Below are positions 37,490-47,405 of a stretch of DNA of 64,000 nt, in pieces. Location of the stretch: positions 640,001 through 704,000 of the forward strand of contig CAWJET010000001.1 of the NCBI GenBank assembly GCA_963842085.1, given 5' to 3'. Positions within the stretch are counted from its first letter, which is position 1. Each line of letters starts with the position of its first letter. The DNA comes from an uncultured delta proteobacterium. GTDB taxonomy: Bacteria; Desulfobacterota; Binatia; Binatales; Binataceae. The position numbers were made by a program, and so were the translations under genes. Below the pieces are notes generated by a model. That model did not search any database, had not been told where the DNA came from, and worked only from the letters and a program-made list of their open reading frames with translations.

Positions 37490-38521
37490 TCAGCAAATGC
37501 GCGGCAACGGTTCGCCTTCAGGTTCGGAGAGCAAGCGGCGGCCGAAGCCAGTGTCGAGAATCAGGCGCCCGGGCCGCTCTGCCGTGCAGGTCGCGACGAT
37601 CGCGGCGTTGCGGCCGAGCGGATGAGCGCGCAGGGCGTTAAGTACGCGCTCCGCGGATTCCGCGCGCACCCCGATGAGCGCCTTGCCCTCGTTGGCCACC
37701 ATCAGCGGGTCGATCCCAAGCAGCTCAGCCGCGGCGCGCACACCGGCGTTCAGCGGCACGCTTGGGCCGTTGAGCACGATCCCGACGCCGGCCTTTTGCG
37801 CCATTTCGCAAAGCGCGCTGACCACGCCGCCGCGCGTCGGATCCTTCATCGCAACCACGCCGTCGCCACCTGCGTCGAGCGCCTGGCGGACCATCATATT
37901 GAGAGGCGCCACATCCGACCGCAGATCGCCTTCGAGCGCGAGTTCGTGCCGGCACGCCATCACCGCGAGTCCGTGATCGCCGGCGGTTCCGCTGAGAATG
38001 ATCAGGTCGCCCGGCTTTAGGCCGGAATCGGGAACAACGCGGCGCGAGAGCGCGATGCCCGTCGTATTGAGCACGAGCCCGTCGATCTCGCCGCGGCCCA
38101 TGACCTTTGTGTCGCCGGTTAGAATCCGCGCGTCCGCCTCGCGGCAGGCAGCCTCGATTGAGTCGCGGACGCGTTCGAGGTCAGCGCGGGAAAACCCTTC
38201 TTCGACCACCACCGCGCAGGTGAGCGCCAGAACGTCGGTCGCACCCATCATCGCCAAGTCGTTGACAGTACCGGCGACCGCCAGCCGCCCGATATCGCCG
38301 CCGGGGAAAAAGATCGGACTGATCACGTGCGAGTCGGTGGTGATGACCAGCCATTGGTCCCCGAGCGCGATGGCCGCGCCGTCGTCCATTGCTGCCAGAC
38401 CGATTCCCGGCCCCGGCACGCCGTCCAACCGGTCGACGAAGAGTTCCTTGATGAGCGCGCGCATCGCGCGTCCACCGGCTCCATGCTTGAGCCCGATTCT
38501 GCTGTCTTCTTCGTCGACCAT
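37490..38521 (-). CDS. hypE: HypE carbamoyl dehydratase
   Basis: HGAGG, TTDSH, GTVNDL, TGDTKV, KDPTRGG, terminal PRIC. Confidence 0.97.
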   Translation of the reverse strand: MVDEEDSRIGLKHGAGGRAMRALIKELFVDRLDGVPGPGIGLAAMDDGAAIALGDQWLVITTDSHVISPIFFPGGDIGRLAVAGTVNDLAMMGATDVLALTCAVVVEEGFSRADLERVRDSIEAACREADARILTGDTKVMGRGEIDGLVLNTTGIALSRRVVPDSGLKPGDLIILSGTAGDHGLAVMACRHELALEGDLRSDVAPLNMMVRQALDAGGDGVVAMKDPTRGGVVSALCEMAQKAGVGIVLNGPSVPLNAGVRAAAELLGIDPLMVANEGKALIGVRAESAERVLNALRAHPLGRNAAIVATCTAERPGRLILDTGFGRRLLSEPEGEPLPRIC

Positions 38522-38531
38522 GGCGTCAGTT

Positions 38532-39665
38532 TCAACTACCCAAATCGGGCCTGCCTCCGTACTCCAGCCAGATGCGGCAAGTCCCTTCACTGCTCACCAT
38601 GCATGCGCCCACCGGATGGTCCGGCAAGCATTTGGTGCCGAAGAGCGGGCAGGCGCTCGGCGTTGCGATACCGGCCATGATGTCGCCGCATATGCACTGC
38701 GCGGCAAGCCGGGGCGGTGCGTACGACCACAGGCCGGTGAGGTCGATCTTGAAGCGCCGGCGTGCGTCGACCTGCGCCCATTCGTCGCGCAAGCGCAGGT
38801 TGCCGTTGGGCACGTGCGCAATTCCGCGCCATCGACCGCCGATCGACCGAAACACCCGCCACAACGCCTCCTGAGCATTGCGGTTTCCCTCGCGCGTGAC
38901 GCACCGCGGATAGGCGTTGACCACGGCCGCACGGCGATCACGAATCAGCTCGAGCAGGCGTGCGAGTCCGGCCAGAATATCGAGCGGTTCGAAGCCGGCC
39001 ACTACGACGGGTATATGATGATGCTCGACGAAACGCTCGAAGACTCCCCATCCAGTGATGGCGGCTGCGTGGCCCGCCGCAAGAAACCCTTCGACCCGTG
39101 TCGCAGGCATTTCGGCGACTATCTCCATCACCGGCGGGATGTACTTGTGAGCGGAGAGAACCGAGAAGTTGGATGGCGTGCCGGCCAGCAGGGCCGCCGC
39201 GGTGGCGACGGCTGTGGTCTCGAAGCCGCTGGCGAAGAACACCAGCTCTTCATCAATGCGGCGCGCCAGTTCCACCGCCTGCGACACGCTGTAGACGACG
39301 TCCACGCGCGCGCCATCCGCCCTCGCGTCTGCCAGCGACTTGACGCTTCCGGGCACGCGCAGCATGTCGCCGTAGGTCGCAATTCTCACTCCTGCAAGCG
39401 CAAGCGCGACCGCCTCGTCAACCTCGGGCAGATCGGTCACGCATACCGGACAGCCCGGTCCCATGATCACGTCGAGCGCGCGGGGCAAGCTGGCCCGCAA
39501 GCCGAAGCGCGCGATTGCCTGCTCGTGGCTTCCGCACACGTGCATCACTGAGATTGGCGCGCGGCCGATAGATTCGCACAGCCGGCCGAGCAGCGCGGTG
39601 AGCTCGCGTCCGCGCCGGGGATCGCGGAACTCGAGCACGCGGCCGTTCATCTGGCTGTCATCCAT
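38532..39665 (-). CDS. hypD: HypD
   Basis: HVCGSH, GPGCPVC, GFETT, PVGACMVSSEGTC. Confidence 0.97.
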   Translation of the reverse strand: MDDSQMNGRVLEFRDPRRGRELTALLGRLCESIGRAPISVMHVCGSHEQAIARFGLRASLPRALDVIMGPGCPVCVTDLPEVDEAVALALAGVRIATYGDMLRVPGSVKSLADARADGARVDVVYSVSQAVELARRIDEELVFFASGFETTAVATAAALLAGTPSNFSVLSAHKYIPPVMEIVAEMPATRVEGFLAAGHAAAITGWGVFERFVEHHHIPVVVAGFEPLDILAGLARLLELIRDRRAAVVNAYPRCVTREGNRNAQEALWRVFRSIGGRWRGIAHVPNGNLRLRDEWAQVDARRRFKIDLTGLWSYAPPRLAAQCICGDIMAGIATPSACPLFGTKCLPDHPVGACMVSSEGTCRIWLEYGGRPDLGS

Positions 39666-39948
39666 CTTTTTTTCTCTCGCCAGCCGCAATTTCGCCGCGC
39701 ACGTCGGCCGCCATCAAATCCTCGCGCTCGGCTTCGCGCAGCAATTCCTCGTAAAGGGCAAGGGTGGCTTCGACCTCCGCGGCGGGAATCTTGCGGATCG
39801 CGTAACCGACATGATTGAGCACGTAGTCGCCGGGACCGACCGGCTCGTCAACGATGTCGAGCAGGACCTCCTTGCGCACGCCCCAGAAATCGACGGTCGC
39901 GACGGAACCTGAAACTCCGACCACTCTGCCCGGTACACCGAGGCACAT
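39658..39948 (-). CDS. hypC: HypC/HupF chaperone
   Basis: MCLGVPG...GDYVLNHVGYA. Confidence 0.96.
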   Translation of the reverse strand: MCLGVPGRVVGVSGSVATVDFWGVRKEVLLDIVDEPVGPGDYVLNHVGYAIRKIPAAEVEATLALYEELLREAEREDLMAADVRGEIAAGERKKDG

Positions 39949-42320
39949 CAGAGGCGGCCTCCCTTCGATTCGCGCACGCGTGCCGCGGCGACCATCGCTT
40001 GCCCGAGTGCGATACCGCCGTCTCCGGCCGGGACCTCGCGCGGCAAAAAAACCTGGGTAACGCCGGCCAGGGCGTCGAAGATTCCTTGCGCGAGCCGCGG
40101 ATTCTGAAAGCATCCGCCGCTCAGCACGACCGGGACTTGTCCGTGCTCTGCGAGCGCCGAGCGCACCGTCGCTGCTGTTCCTTCAATCAATGTGTTGTGA
40201 AAGCGCGCCGCGATCCGGCGGCGATCGGCGCCCGCGATAACTTCATGGACAATCCTGCGAACCATCGGCCGCAGATCCAGGCTCCACGGCTGCTGATTGC
40301 GATGGAGGGAAAATTCATAGACCCCGGTTTCACGGGGATCGGCGAGATTGTTGAGCATCATAGCGACCTGCCCTTCGTAGGCGGCATGCTGCTGCGCGAA
40401 GACCAGCGCACCAATCGCGTCGAAGTAGCGGCCGATGCCGTGCGCGCTTGCTGTATTCAGTCCGCTTGCGATCATGCGCCTTACGGTCGTCGCGGCGCCT
40501 GCATCGATCCGCGAGAAAAGCCCGAGCCGCTCGAATTCGTTAAACGACCCGCCGAAGGCATCCTCGATCAGCGCGAGCGCTAGCCGCCAGACCTCGCGCA
40601 CCGCGCGATCGCCGCCCGCCAGCGCGACCGGCCGAATCGTCGCAATCCGCTCGAAGCCGGCGAAATCCGCGAGCATCAACTCGCCGCCCCACATCGCGCC
40701 ATCGCTCCCGAGCCCCGACCCATCGAATGCGACCCCGAGAACCGGACCCGCAAGGCCGTGTTCCGCCATCGCACTCGCAACATGCGCATGATGATGCTGC
40801 ACCGCGACGGTAACGCACCCCTTGCGCCCCACCGCATAACGGGTCGAGAGATAATCAGGATGCAGGTCGTGCGCGATTATCTCGGGCTTCACGCCGACGA
40901 AGCCTTCCATCCTTGCGATCGACTCCTCAAAAGCCTCGTAGGTCTCGAGACCGTCGAGATCGCCGATGTGCGGACCGAACCAGATCGAATCCCCGCTGCC
41001 CAGGCAGAACGCATTTTTGAGTTGCGCTCCGACGGCCAGGACCGGTCGCTCGAATGGCGGATCGATTGGCACAGGACGTGGCACATAACCTCGCGAGCGG
41101 CGCAGCACGGTTGGAGCGCCTGCGATCATGCGCGCAACCGAGTCGTCGCATCGGGTCACGATTTCACGGTCGTGGATCAGAAAGAGGTCAGCAATCCCTC
41201 CCAGCCGAAGGAGCGCCTCATCGTTGCGATAGGCGATAGGTTCATCCGACCGGTTTCCCGACGTCATCACCAGCGGTCTCTGCGCTGCCGCCAGAAGCAG
41301 GTGATGCAACGGCGTGTACGCGAGCATGACGCCGACGAGCGGGGTTTCCGGCGCGACCTCGGCAGCGAGACCCGCATCCGGATGCCGGTGGGCGAGAACG
41401 ATCGGCCGCTCGGGCGAGGACAACAGTGCTCGCTCCGTGGGACCAAGAACGGCGAGGCGCTCGGCGTCTTCGAGCTCACGCACCATGACGGCGAACGGCT
41501 TTTCATCGCGATGTTTGCGGATGCGCAGCCGTGCGACCGCGGCCGCCGATGTGGCGTCGCAGGCGAGGTGAAACCCGCCAAGACCCTTGAGCGCGACGAT
41601 ACGCCCTTCGCGCACTGCGAGGGCCGCGTCGCCAATCGGGTGGCTCGATGCCAACTCGTCGCCCGCCGCTGCGAGCAGCCGCAGACTCGGGCCGCACTCG
41701 CGACAAGCGTTTGACTCCGCGTGAAAACGTCGATTACCGGGATCTCGGTACTCGCGCAGGCACTCGGCGCACATCTCGAACGCCGCCATCGTTGTCGCGC
41801 CGCGGTCGTAAGGGACATCACACGCGATCGTGAAGCGCGGGCCGCAGTTCGTGCAGTTGGTGAAGGCGTAACCGAAGCGGCGATCTCCGCGATCGAAGAT
41901 CTCGGCGACACATTCGCGACAGGTTGCCATGTCGGCGGGTATCGATACGCAGCGCTCCGCGCGCTGCTCGCTCGCGGCGATCTCGAAATGAGGCCGCTGC
42001 TCGAACTCCAGCAGGTTTGCCTGCACAGTCTTGAGTCGTGCCCGCGCAGGCGCCTCGGTAATCAGGCGACTGACAAAGCGGTCCAGCACTACGCGCGAAC
42101 CGAAGGCTTCTATAATGACGCCCGCCGCGTCGTTACGAACGCTGCCGGTCAGCCCCTCTTCACGCGCCAGCCGGTAGACGAAAGGCCGGAAGCCGACGCC
42201 CTGCGAAATTCCCGTCACTTTGATCTTGCGGCCCGCGAGTCCTGACACATCCATATCAGGGTCGACTGCATGGGACGGTGAGAAGCAGACGTCCGCGAGC
42301 TGTGGCTCCTCACCGTTCAT
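39948..42320 (-). CDS. hypF: HypF carbamoyltransferase
   Basis: QGVGFRP acylphosphatase, zinc fingers (CTNCGPR), KGLGGFHL, TSGN, QHHHAH, GDGGIALGQ. Confidence 0.97.
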   Translation of the reverse strand: MNGEEPQLADVCFSPSHAVDPDMDVSGLAGRKIKVTGISQGVGFRPFVYRLAREEGLTGSVRNDAAGVIIEAFGSRVVLDRFVSRLITEAPARARLKTVQANLLEFEQRPHFEIAASEQRAERCVSIPADMATCRECVAEIFDRGDRRFGYAFTNCTNCGPRFTIACDVPYDRGATTMAAFEMCAECLREYRDPGNRRFHAESNACRECGPSLRLLAAAGDELASSHPIGDAALAVREGRIVALKGLGGFHLACDATSAAAVARLRIRKHRDEKPFAVMVRELEDAERLAVLGPTERALLSSPERPIVLAHRHPDAGLAAEVAPETPLVGVMLAYTPLHHLLLAAAQRPLVMTSGNRSDEPIAYRNDEALLRLGGIADLFLIHDREIVTRCDDSVARMIAGAPTVLRRSRGYVPRPVPIDPPFERPVLAVGAQLKNAFCLGSGDSIWFGPHIGDLDGLETYEAFEESIARMEGFVGVKPEIIAHDLHPDYLSTRYAVGRKGCVTVAVQHHHAHVASAMAEHGLAGPVLGVAFDGSGLGSDGAMWGGELMLADFAGFERIATIRPVALAGGDRAVREVWRLALALIEDAFGGSFNEFERLGLFSRIDAGAATTVRRMIASGLNTASAHGIGRYFDAIGALVFAQQHAAYEGQVAMMLNNLADPRETGVYEFSLHRNQQPWSLDLRPMVRRIVHEVIAGADRRRIAARFHNTLIEGTAATVRSALAEHGQVPVVLSGGCFQNPRLAQGIFDALAGVTQVFLPREVPAGDGGIALGQAMVAAARVRESKGGRL

Positions 42321-42724
42321 GTCTCACCCAGCGTGTGGATGTACGCGACCAGGTCCCAGATCTGGCGGTCGGTGAGCGTCGACCACGACGGCATCGCGGC
42401 CCCCTGGACGCCGTCATGAATCGCCCGATAAGTCTGCCACGCGTTCGCCGAATCGGACCATGGCGGGACTGTGAGATTGCCCGGCGGCGGCTCCATTCCC
42501 ATGCTGCGGACGCCGTGCCCGTCGCCTCTCTCGCCGTGGCAAATTACGCAATTCTGCATGAAGAGCGCGCGTCCTCTTTCTCTCGCCTCGCGCGACGCAA
42601 AGAGCCCGGATGGAGCCTGCGCTGCGCCGGGCGGTCTACCGCTCCTGCTGCACCCGATTATCGCGCACAACATCCCCAGCGCAGCTGTCGCGACCCTCCG
42701 CGCCACTCTTCGGCGACAGTTCAT
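42317..42724 (-). CDS. Monoheme cytochrome c, probable lipoprotein
   Basis: IIGC lipobox-like; CVICHGERGDG.G...G.AMPSW. Confidence 0.85.
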   Translation of the reverse strand: MNCRRRVARRVATAALGMLCAIIGCSRSGRPPGAAQAPSGLFASREARERGRALFMQNCVICHGERGDGHGVRSMGMEPPPGNLTVPPWSDSANAWQTYRAIHDGVQGAAMPSWSTLTDRQIWDLVAYIHTLGET

Positions 42725-43187
42725 ATCCAAGACCTCGAGCCTCACGCACTATCGCCTCGACCAGCCCCTCCAATCCCGCGTCGACAGGATCGGAACGCTC
42801 AATACTCAAATCCATTGTTTCCGGCACCAGTCCCAGCAAGGTGACCGAGGTTGGAAAAGAGTCGATGAGTCGCGCGGCGTCGAAAAGATCTGCAACCCCA
42901 ACCTGGTGAGGGGACAGGCGCTCGCGGACTGCGGGTGGCACCTCGTCTCCGTCGATTCGGACCAGTGTTCCCGGCGGAGCATCGACGCGAACCGCATCTA
43001 CCAGAATCACGTGTTCCGACTCGGCAAACAGCCCAAGCAGTGCGAGCCCAAGCGTGCCGCCATCTGCAACCCGAACCCGTGGCGGAATATTGTAATTGCG
43101 TTCGAGCCGAGCCACTGCGGCGGCGCCGAGTCCGTCGTCGCGAAGCAGTATATTGCCAAGCCCGAGAACCAATAATTCGTCAGGCAT
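42636..43187 (-). CDS. hyaD: Hydrogenase maturation endopeptidase (HyaD/HybD family)
   Basis: LGLGNILLRDDGLG, DGGTLG, LVDAV, SPHQVG. Confidence 0.95.
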   Translation of the reverse strand: MPDELLVLGLGNILLRDDGLGAAAVARLERNYNIPPRVRVADGGTLGLALLGLFAESEHVILVDAVRVDAPPGTLVRIDGDEVPPAVRERLSPHQVGVADLFDAARLIDSFPTSVTLLGLVPETMDLSIERSDPVDAGLEGLVEAIVREARGLGYELSPKSGAEGRDSCAGDVVRDNRVQQER

Positions 43188-43896
43188 CGCGTTTCCTCTC
43201 CGCGACGCCTTCCGGGCCTACGCGCTTGTACCCCGAAAATATCGAATCGATGATCCCGCTGCGCTCCGTCATAGAAAAAAGAGTCGCCGAGTACACGTGA
43301 TGAATCATGAAGATCAGGAGCAACCACATCCCGACATGATGGACCAGGCGCACCATCTGAAGTCCGCCGAAAATCGGGATCAGGAACCCGAAGAACTGAA
43401 AAGGCGAGTTCACTCCGGCATAGACGGTATAGAGAGCGAGACCGGTGCCGATCATTGTGAAGTAGATCAAGAAGATAACTGCGTAGGTTGCACCGGCCAT
43501 CCCGCTGTGGCCGGCGTACGGCTCCGGGTCGCGGCGCACAAAGCCATAAAAGCGCATCGACTGCCAGATGCTGCTAAAGCGTTCGCGCGTGACCGGAATG
43601 AACTGGTGCCAACGCGCATAGTAATTGCCGGCGAACATCCAGTAGACACGCACAAATACCGACAAACTGAAGACGACGGCCGCATACAGGTGGATCAGGC
43701 GCATGGTGCCCATAACGAAGTGATCGCGGGCGGGCCCACTGACTGCGATAAACGGATGACCTATATAGAAGCCCGTAACCGCAAGCACTGCGATCGAAAG
43801 AACGATCAGCCAGTGCGTGATGCGCACCGGCAGTTCCCAGGCATAGACAAGGCCGGAGCCGGGCGGCTCCGGCACAGGCCGCGGCAGTGCGCTCAC
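43180..43896 (-). CDS. hyaC: Ni/Fe-hydrogenase b-type cytochrome subunit
   Basis: YAWELPVRITHW, RLIH, RLVHH, IHHVY, SIFSGYK; GTG start overlaps the large-subunit stop. Confidence 0.95.
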   Translation of the reverse strand: MSALPRPVPEPPGSGLVYAWELPVRITHWLIVLSIAVLAVTGFYIGHPFIAVSGPARDHFVMGTMRLIHLYAAVVFSLSVFVRVYWMFAGNYYARWHQFIPVTRERFSSIWQSMRFYGFVRRDPEPYAGHSGMAGATYAVIFLIYFTMIGTGLALYTVYAGVNSPFQFFGFLIPIFGGLQMVRLVHHVGMWLLLIFMIHHVYSATLFSMTERSGIIDSIFSGYKRVGPEGVAERKRDA

Positions 43897-45602
43897 AGGA
43901 CCTTGACGCGGGCCAACTCGCGCCTCCTGGCGTCCACCACGTGAACGCCGCACGCCATGCACGGATCGAATGAGTGCACCGTGCGGAGTATTTCGAGTGG
44001 TTGATCCGGCTTCGCCACCGGAGTGCCGACGAGCGACGCCTCGTAAGGACCCGGCTGGTTCGCATGGTCCCGCGGGCCGGCATTCCAGGTGCTCGGCACG
44101 ACACACTGGTAGTTCACGATCTGGCCGTTGCTGATGTGAACCCAGTGGCCGAGAGACCCGCGCGGCGCTTCGTGAAAGCCGGCGCCGTAACAGTCGGCGG
44201 GCCAGCTCTCCGGCTCCCATTTCGAGTTGTCCTGGATACGGTAGTCACGGCGCGCCATGTTCTCGCCCAGGGCGGTTACCCAGTCGCCCATCTTTTCCAC
44301 CACGACCTGAGTCTCAATGGCGCGCGCCGCCACTCGCCCCAAGGTCGAGAACAGCGCTTGCGGTCCAACGCCGAGCGCCGCCAGGGCTTTGTCAACCAGT
44401 TGCTTGACCTGCGCCGGCCGGCCCGACACGTACGCGACCAGCATGCGCGCGAGCGGCCCAACCTCCATCGGCGCACCCTCATAGCGCGGTGATTTGAGCC
44501 AACTGTACTTCTCCGCCAGCACCAGTCGTTCGTACGGCGGCTTGGGTCCGGTGTAATGCGGGTCGGTTTCCCCCTTGTACGGATGTAGCGCTTCGCTGTC
44601 GCCGCCTGAATATTCGTACCAGGAATGTGCGACCTGCTCCGTGATCTTTCCCTGGTCAACCGGCTCGACCTTTGAAATATCGCGCCCCCGGATTATCCCG
44701 GATGGCATCCATAGCTCAGGATTTTCGCTGTCGTCCTCGGGATAATCGCCATACACCATGTAGTTGCCGACGCCCGCGCCGATCGAAGCCCAATCCTTAT
44801 AGAATGATGCGACTGCCAGGACGTCGGGCAAATAGACACGCTTGACGAAGTCGCGGCCTTCGGCGATGAGCTTGTCGAGCGCCGAGATCGTGTCGGCGTT
44901 GAGCGCGGCTTGCGAGTCGGGATCAACCGGCGTCGCCATGCCACCGACCAGGAAACTTTGCAGGTGCGGATTTTTTCCGCCCAGGATCGCATGGATCTTG
45001 ATGAAGCGCCGCTGCCAGTCGAGCGCCTCCAGATAATGCGCAACCGCCATCAGATTCGCCTCGGGCGGCAGGCGGTACGCCGGATGACCCCAGTAGGCGT
45101 TAGCGAAGGGCCCAAGCTGGCCGCGCTGAACGAACGTACTGATCCGGTCGCGTACTCCCGAAAAATACTTTGCACTCGACAGCGACCAGTCTGAGATCGA
45201 CTGGGCAAGCGTGGCGGTCTTGGCCGGATCGGCCTTGAGCGCCGAGGTGATATCGACCCAGTCGAGTGCATGCAGATGGTAGAAATGGATCACGTGGTCG
45301 TGGACGCACTGCGCCGCGATGATGAGGTTGCGCAGCAGCCGCGCGTTGGGCGGCGGTTGCGCGCCGATTGCGTGCTCGACGGCGCGAATCGAGGCGATCG
45401 CGTGAACTGTGGTGCAAACTCCGCAGATGCGTTGGGTGAAGACCCATGCGTCACGCGGATCTCGCCCCTTGAGAATGATCTCGATGCCGCGAAACATCGT
45501 CGACGACGACCAGGCCTCATTCACCTTGCCGCCATCGACTTCGGCTTCTATTCGGAGATGCCCTTCGATGCGCGTTATCGGATCAACGACGACGTGGGTC
45601 AT
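43893..45602 (-). CDS. hyaB: Group 1 [NiFe]-hydrogenase large subunit
   Basis: DPITRIEGH, L1 QRICGVCTTVH, L2 SFDPCMACGVH followed by a cleavable tail. Confidence 0.98.
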   Translation of the reverse strand: MTHVVVDPITRIEGHLRIEAEVDGGKVNEAWSSSTMFRGIEIILKGRDPRDAWVFTQRICGVCTTVHAIASIRAVEHAIGAQPPPNARLLRNLIIAAQCVHDHVIHFYHLHALDWVDITSALKADPAKTATLAQSISDWSLSSAKYFSGVRDRISTFVQRGQLGPFANAYWGHPAYRLPPEANLMAVAHYLEALDWQRRFIKIHAILGGKNPHLQSFLVGGMATPVDPDSQAALNADTISALDKLIAEGRDFVKRVYLPDVLAVASFYKDWASIGAGVGNYMVYGDYPEDDSENPELWMPSGIIRGRDISKVEPVDQGKITEQVAHSWYEYSGGDSEALHPYKGETDPHYTGPKPPYERLVLAEKYSWLKSPRYEGAPMEVGPLARMLVAYVSGRPAQVKQLVDKALAALGVGPQALFSTLGRVAARAIETQVVVEKMGDWVTALGENMARRDYRIQDNSKWEPESWPADCYGAGFHEAPRGSLGHWVHISNGQIVNYQCVVPSTWNAGPRDHANQPGPYEASLVGTPVAKPDQPLEILRTVHSFDPCMACGVHVVDARRRELARVKVL

Positions 45603-46710
45603 GCTCGGGGCCCTCTGAACTGCTCTTGGAACCGGCCGGCTCGGTTCCCGTGTGATGCCGCACGATCTGGCCGACACCATGGGCGACCGACGCCGCGCCC
45701 ACAATTCCCGCCGCGGCCAAGCCAATCCGATCGAGGTTGGCGTTCACGTTGAATCCAGGAACATTGGGCAAGCGCCGATAGAAAGGCGTCATGGTGTCCC
45801 AGAAATTCGGCTCCGCACAGCCGACACACGGATGGCCGCAGCCGATCGGCCAGTTCGTGCCCTCATTCCATCGCACTTCCGGACAGTTTTGCGAGGTCGC
45901 GGGCCCTTTGCATCCCATCTTGTACAGGCAGGCGCCGTTCCGATGGGCTTCGTCGCCCCAAGCCTCGACGTACTGTCCGGCATCGAAGTGTGCGCGCCGT
46001 TCGCAGTTGTCGTGGATGAGTTTTCCGTAGGCGAAAAGCGGACGCCGGTACCGATCCAGTGGCGGCCACTGCTTCATGGTCATGTAGTAAACAATTAGCG
46101 CCGTTATGTTCTCGGCGTTCATCGGGCATGCTGACATATTGATCAGGTTGTTGACGCCCGGCACCGCATCGCCGACCGAGACCGCGCCGGTCGGGTTGGG
46201 GCGCGCCGCCGGTATCCCGCCGAAGGTCGCGCAGGTGCCGACCGCGATCGTTGCCGCAGCCTTGCCGCACACTTCGCGCGCGATCTGCAAAGCGCTGCGA
46301 CCGCCGATGGTGCAATAGGCTCCGTCGGCACCTGTGGGAATCGCTCCTTCAACCAGGGCTATGTACTTTCCCGCGAAGTCGCGAACCGTGCTGTCAAGCG
46401 CGCTCTCAGCTTGAAAGCCGGCTGCAGCCATCAGGGTTTCGTGGTAGTTCAGCGAAATCGAATCCAGGATGAGGTCACCGACGGTCGGGTGACTCGCGCG
46501 CAAAAACGACTCCGTGTTACCGGCACAGTCCTGAAACTCGAGCCAGACGAGAACGGGCTTCGGCGCCATCTCGATATTTGCGGCAATCATGCTGGCCGCC
46601 GTCTCCGGCATCGCCAGCAGCGTCGCCATCGAGGCACAGAATTTCAGGAAATCGCGGCGTGACACGCCGCGGTACGCGAGCTCTTTACCCAGCCAGCTAT
46701 TGGACGCCAT
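45583..46710 (-). CDS. hyaA: Group 1 [NiFe]-hydrogenase small subunit (Tat signal, C-terminal TM anchor)
   Basis: SRRDFLK, DCAGNTES, GTCA.FGG, ACP, HDNC..R, CLYKMGCKGP, GHPCVGC. Confidence 0.98.
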   Translation of the reverse strand: MASNSWLGKELAYRGVSRRDFLKFCASMATLLAMPETAASMIAANIEMAPKPVLVWLEFQDCAGNTESFLRASHPTVGDLILDSISLNYHETLMAAAGFQAESALDSTVRDFAGKYIALVEGAIPTGADGAYCTIGGRSALQIAREVCGKAAATIAVGTCATFGGIPAARPNPTGAVSVGDAVPGVNNLINMSACPMNAENITALIVYYMTMKQWPPLDRYRRPLFAYGKLIHDNCERRAHFDAGQYVEAWGDEAHRNGACLYKMGCKGPATSQNCPEVRWNEGTNWPIGCGHPCVGCAEPNFWDTMTPFYRRLPNVPGFNVNANLDRIGLAAAGIVGAASVAHGVGQIVRHHTGTEPAGSKSSSEGPEHDPRRR

Positions 46711-46908
46711 CGGCGGTCCTCCTGCTAGAACAACCCGGTGGTTGGAGTCTCGTGGCGTGCTGCGCACGCCGCACCCTCTGTGAATAGGCGACCTATACTC
46801 TCGCGAGAATTAATTTGCAAACTCACGCGCGGCGATCTTGCGCTAACCTCTTCGATTCAGCGCCGTGCGCTGAATCCCGAGGCGCGAGGGACTTAGCGAT
46901 TGGGATAA

Positions 46909-47094
46909 CTACTCAGGTGTCGCGCCACCTTGTTTGAGCTCGTTTTCCGCCTGCAGCCAATCGTCCAGTTCGCTGCCTGGGCCGCCATTGCGGGCGCAAT
47001 ATATCTCGTAGGCGCGGCTACGGATGTCGTCTTCCGGCAGCTGCGGCTTCTGTCCGAGGACCGGCTTCTGGTTGGCCTCTTTTTTCTCTGCCAT
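46909..47094 (-). CDS. DUF2934-type small protein
   Basis: IRSRAYEIY..R.G..G.ELDDWLQAE.EL; AAGGAG RBS. Confidence 0.85.
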   Translation of the reverse strand: MAEKKEANQKPVLGQKPQLPEDDIRSRAYEIYCARNGGPGSELDDWLQAENELKQGGATPE

Positions 47095-47405
47095 TTTTGG
47101 TCTCCTTCTTGTTGCCGCCCACCTTTGAGTTACTGCACGGCGGTCAACGTTGCTTCCGATCGGCCCATCCAGCAGAGTCGGTGTATCCAAAGGATGCAGA
47201 TTCGATTCACGTCTCATGCCGATCGACTAAGTCTGATTACGAACCATGTTCAGTACAAAAGGAGTTATGTTCAAGGCCGATTCCGTTACATCGGGAACGA
47301 ACCTCCGGTTGTTTTCACCCGTGGTTTGTCGTTACATCCGGCGACTGCGCTCGACGCCACCGATTTGACGGGGGCGCGTTTCTGGACTTATAGGACACTG
47401 AGGTC

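Noticed and set aside
43935-43975. Selenocysteine ([NiFeSe]) hydrogenase
   Set aside because: The L2 motif DPCMAC uses ordinary Cys codons; there is no in-frame TGA.
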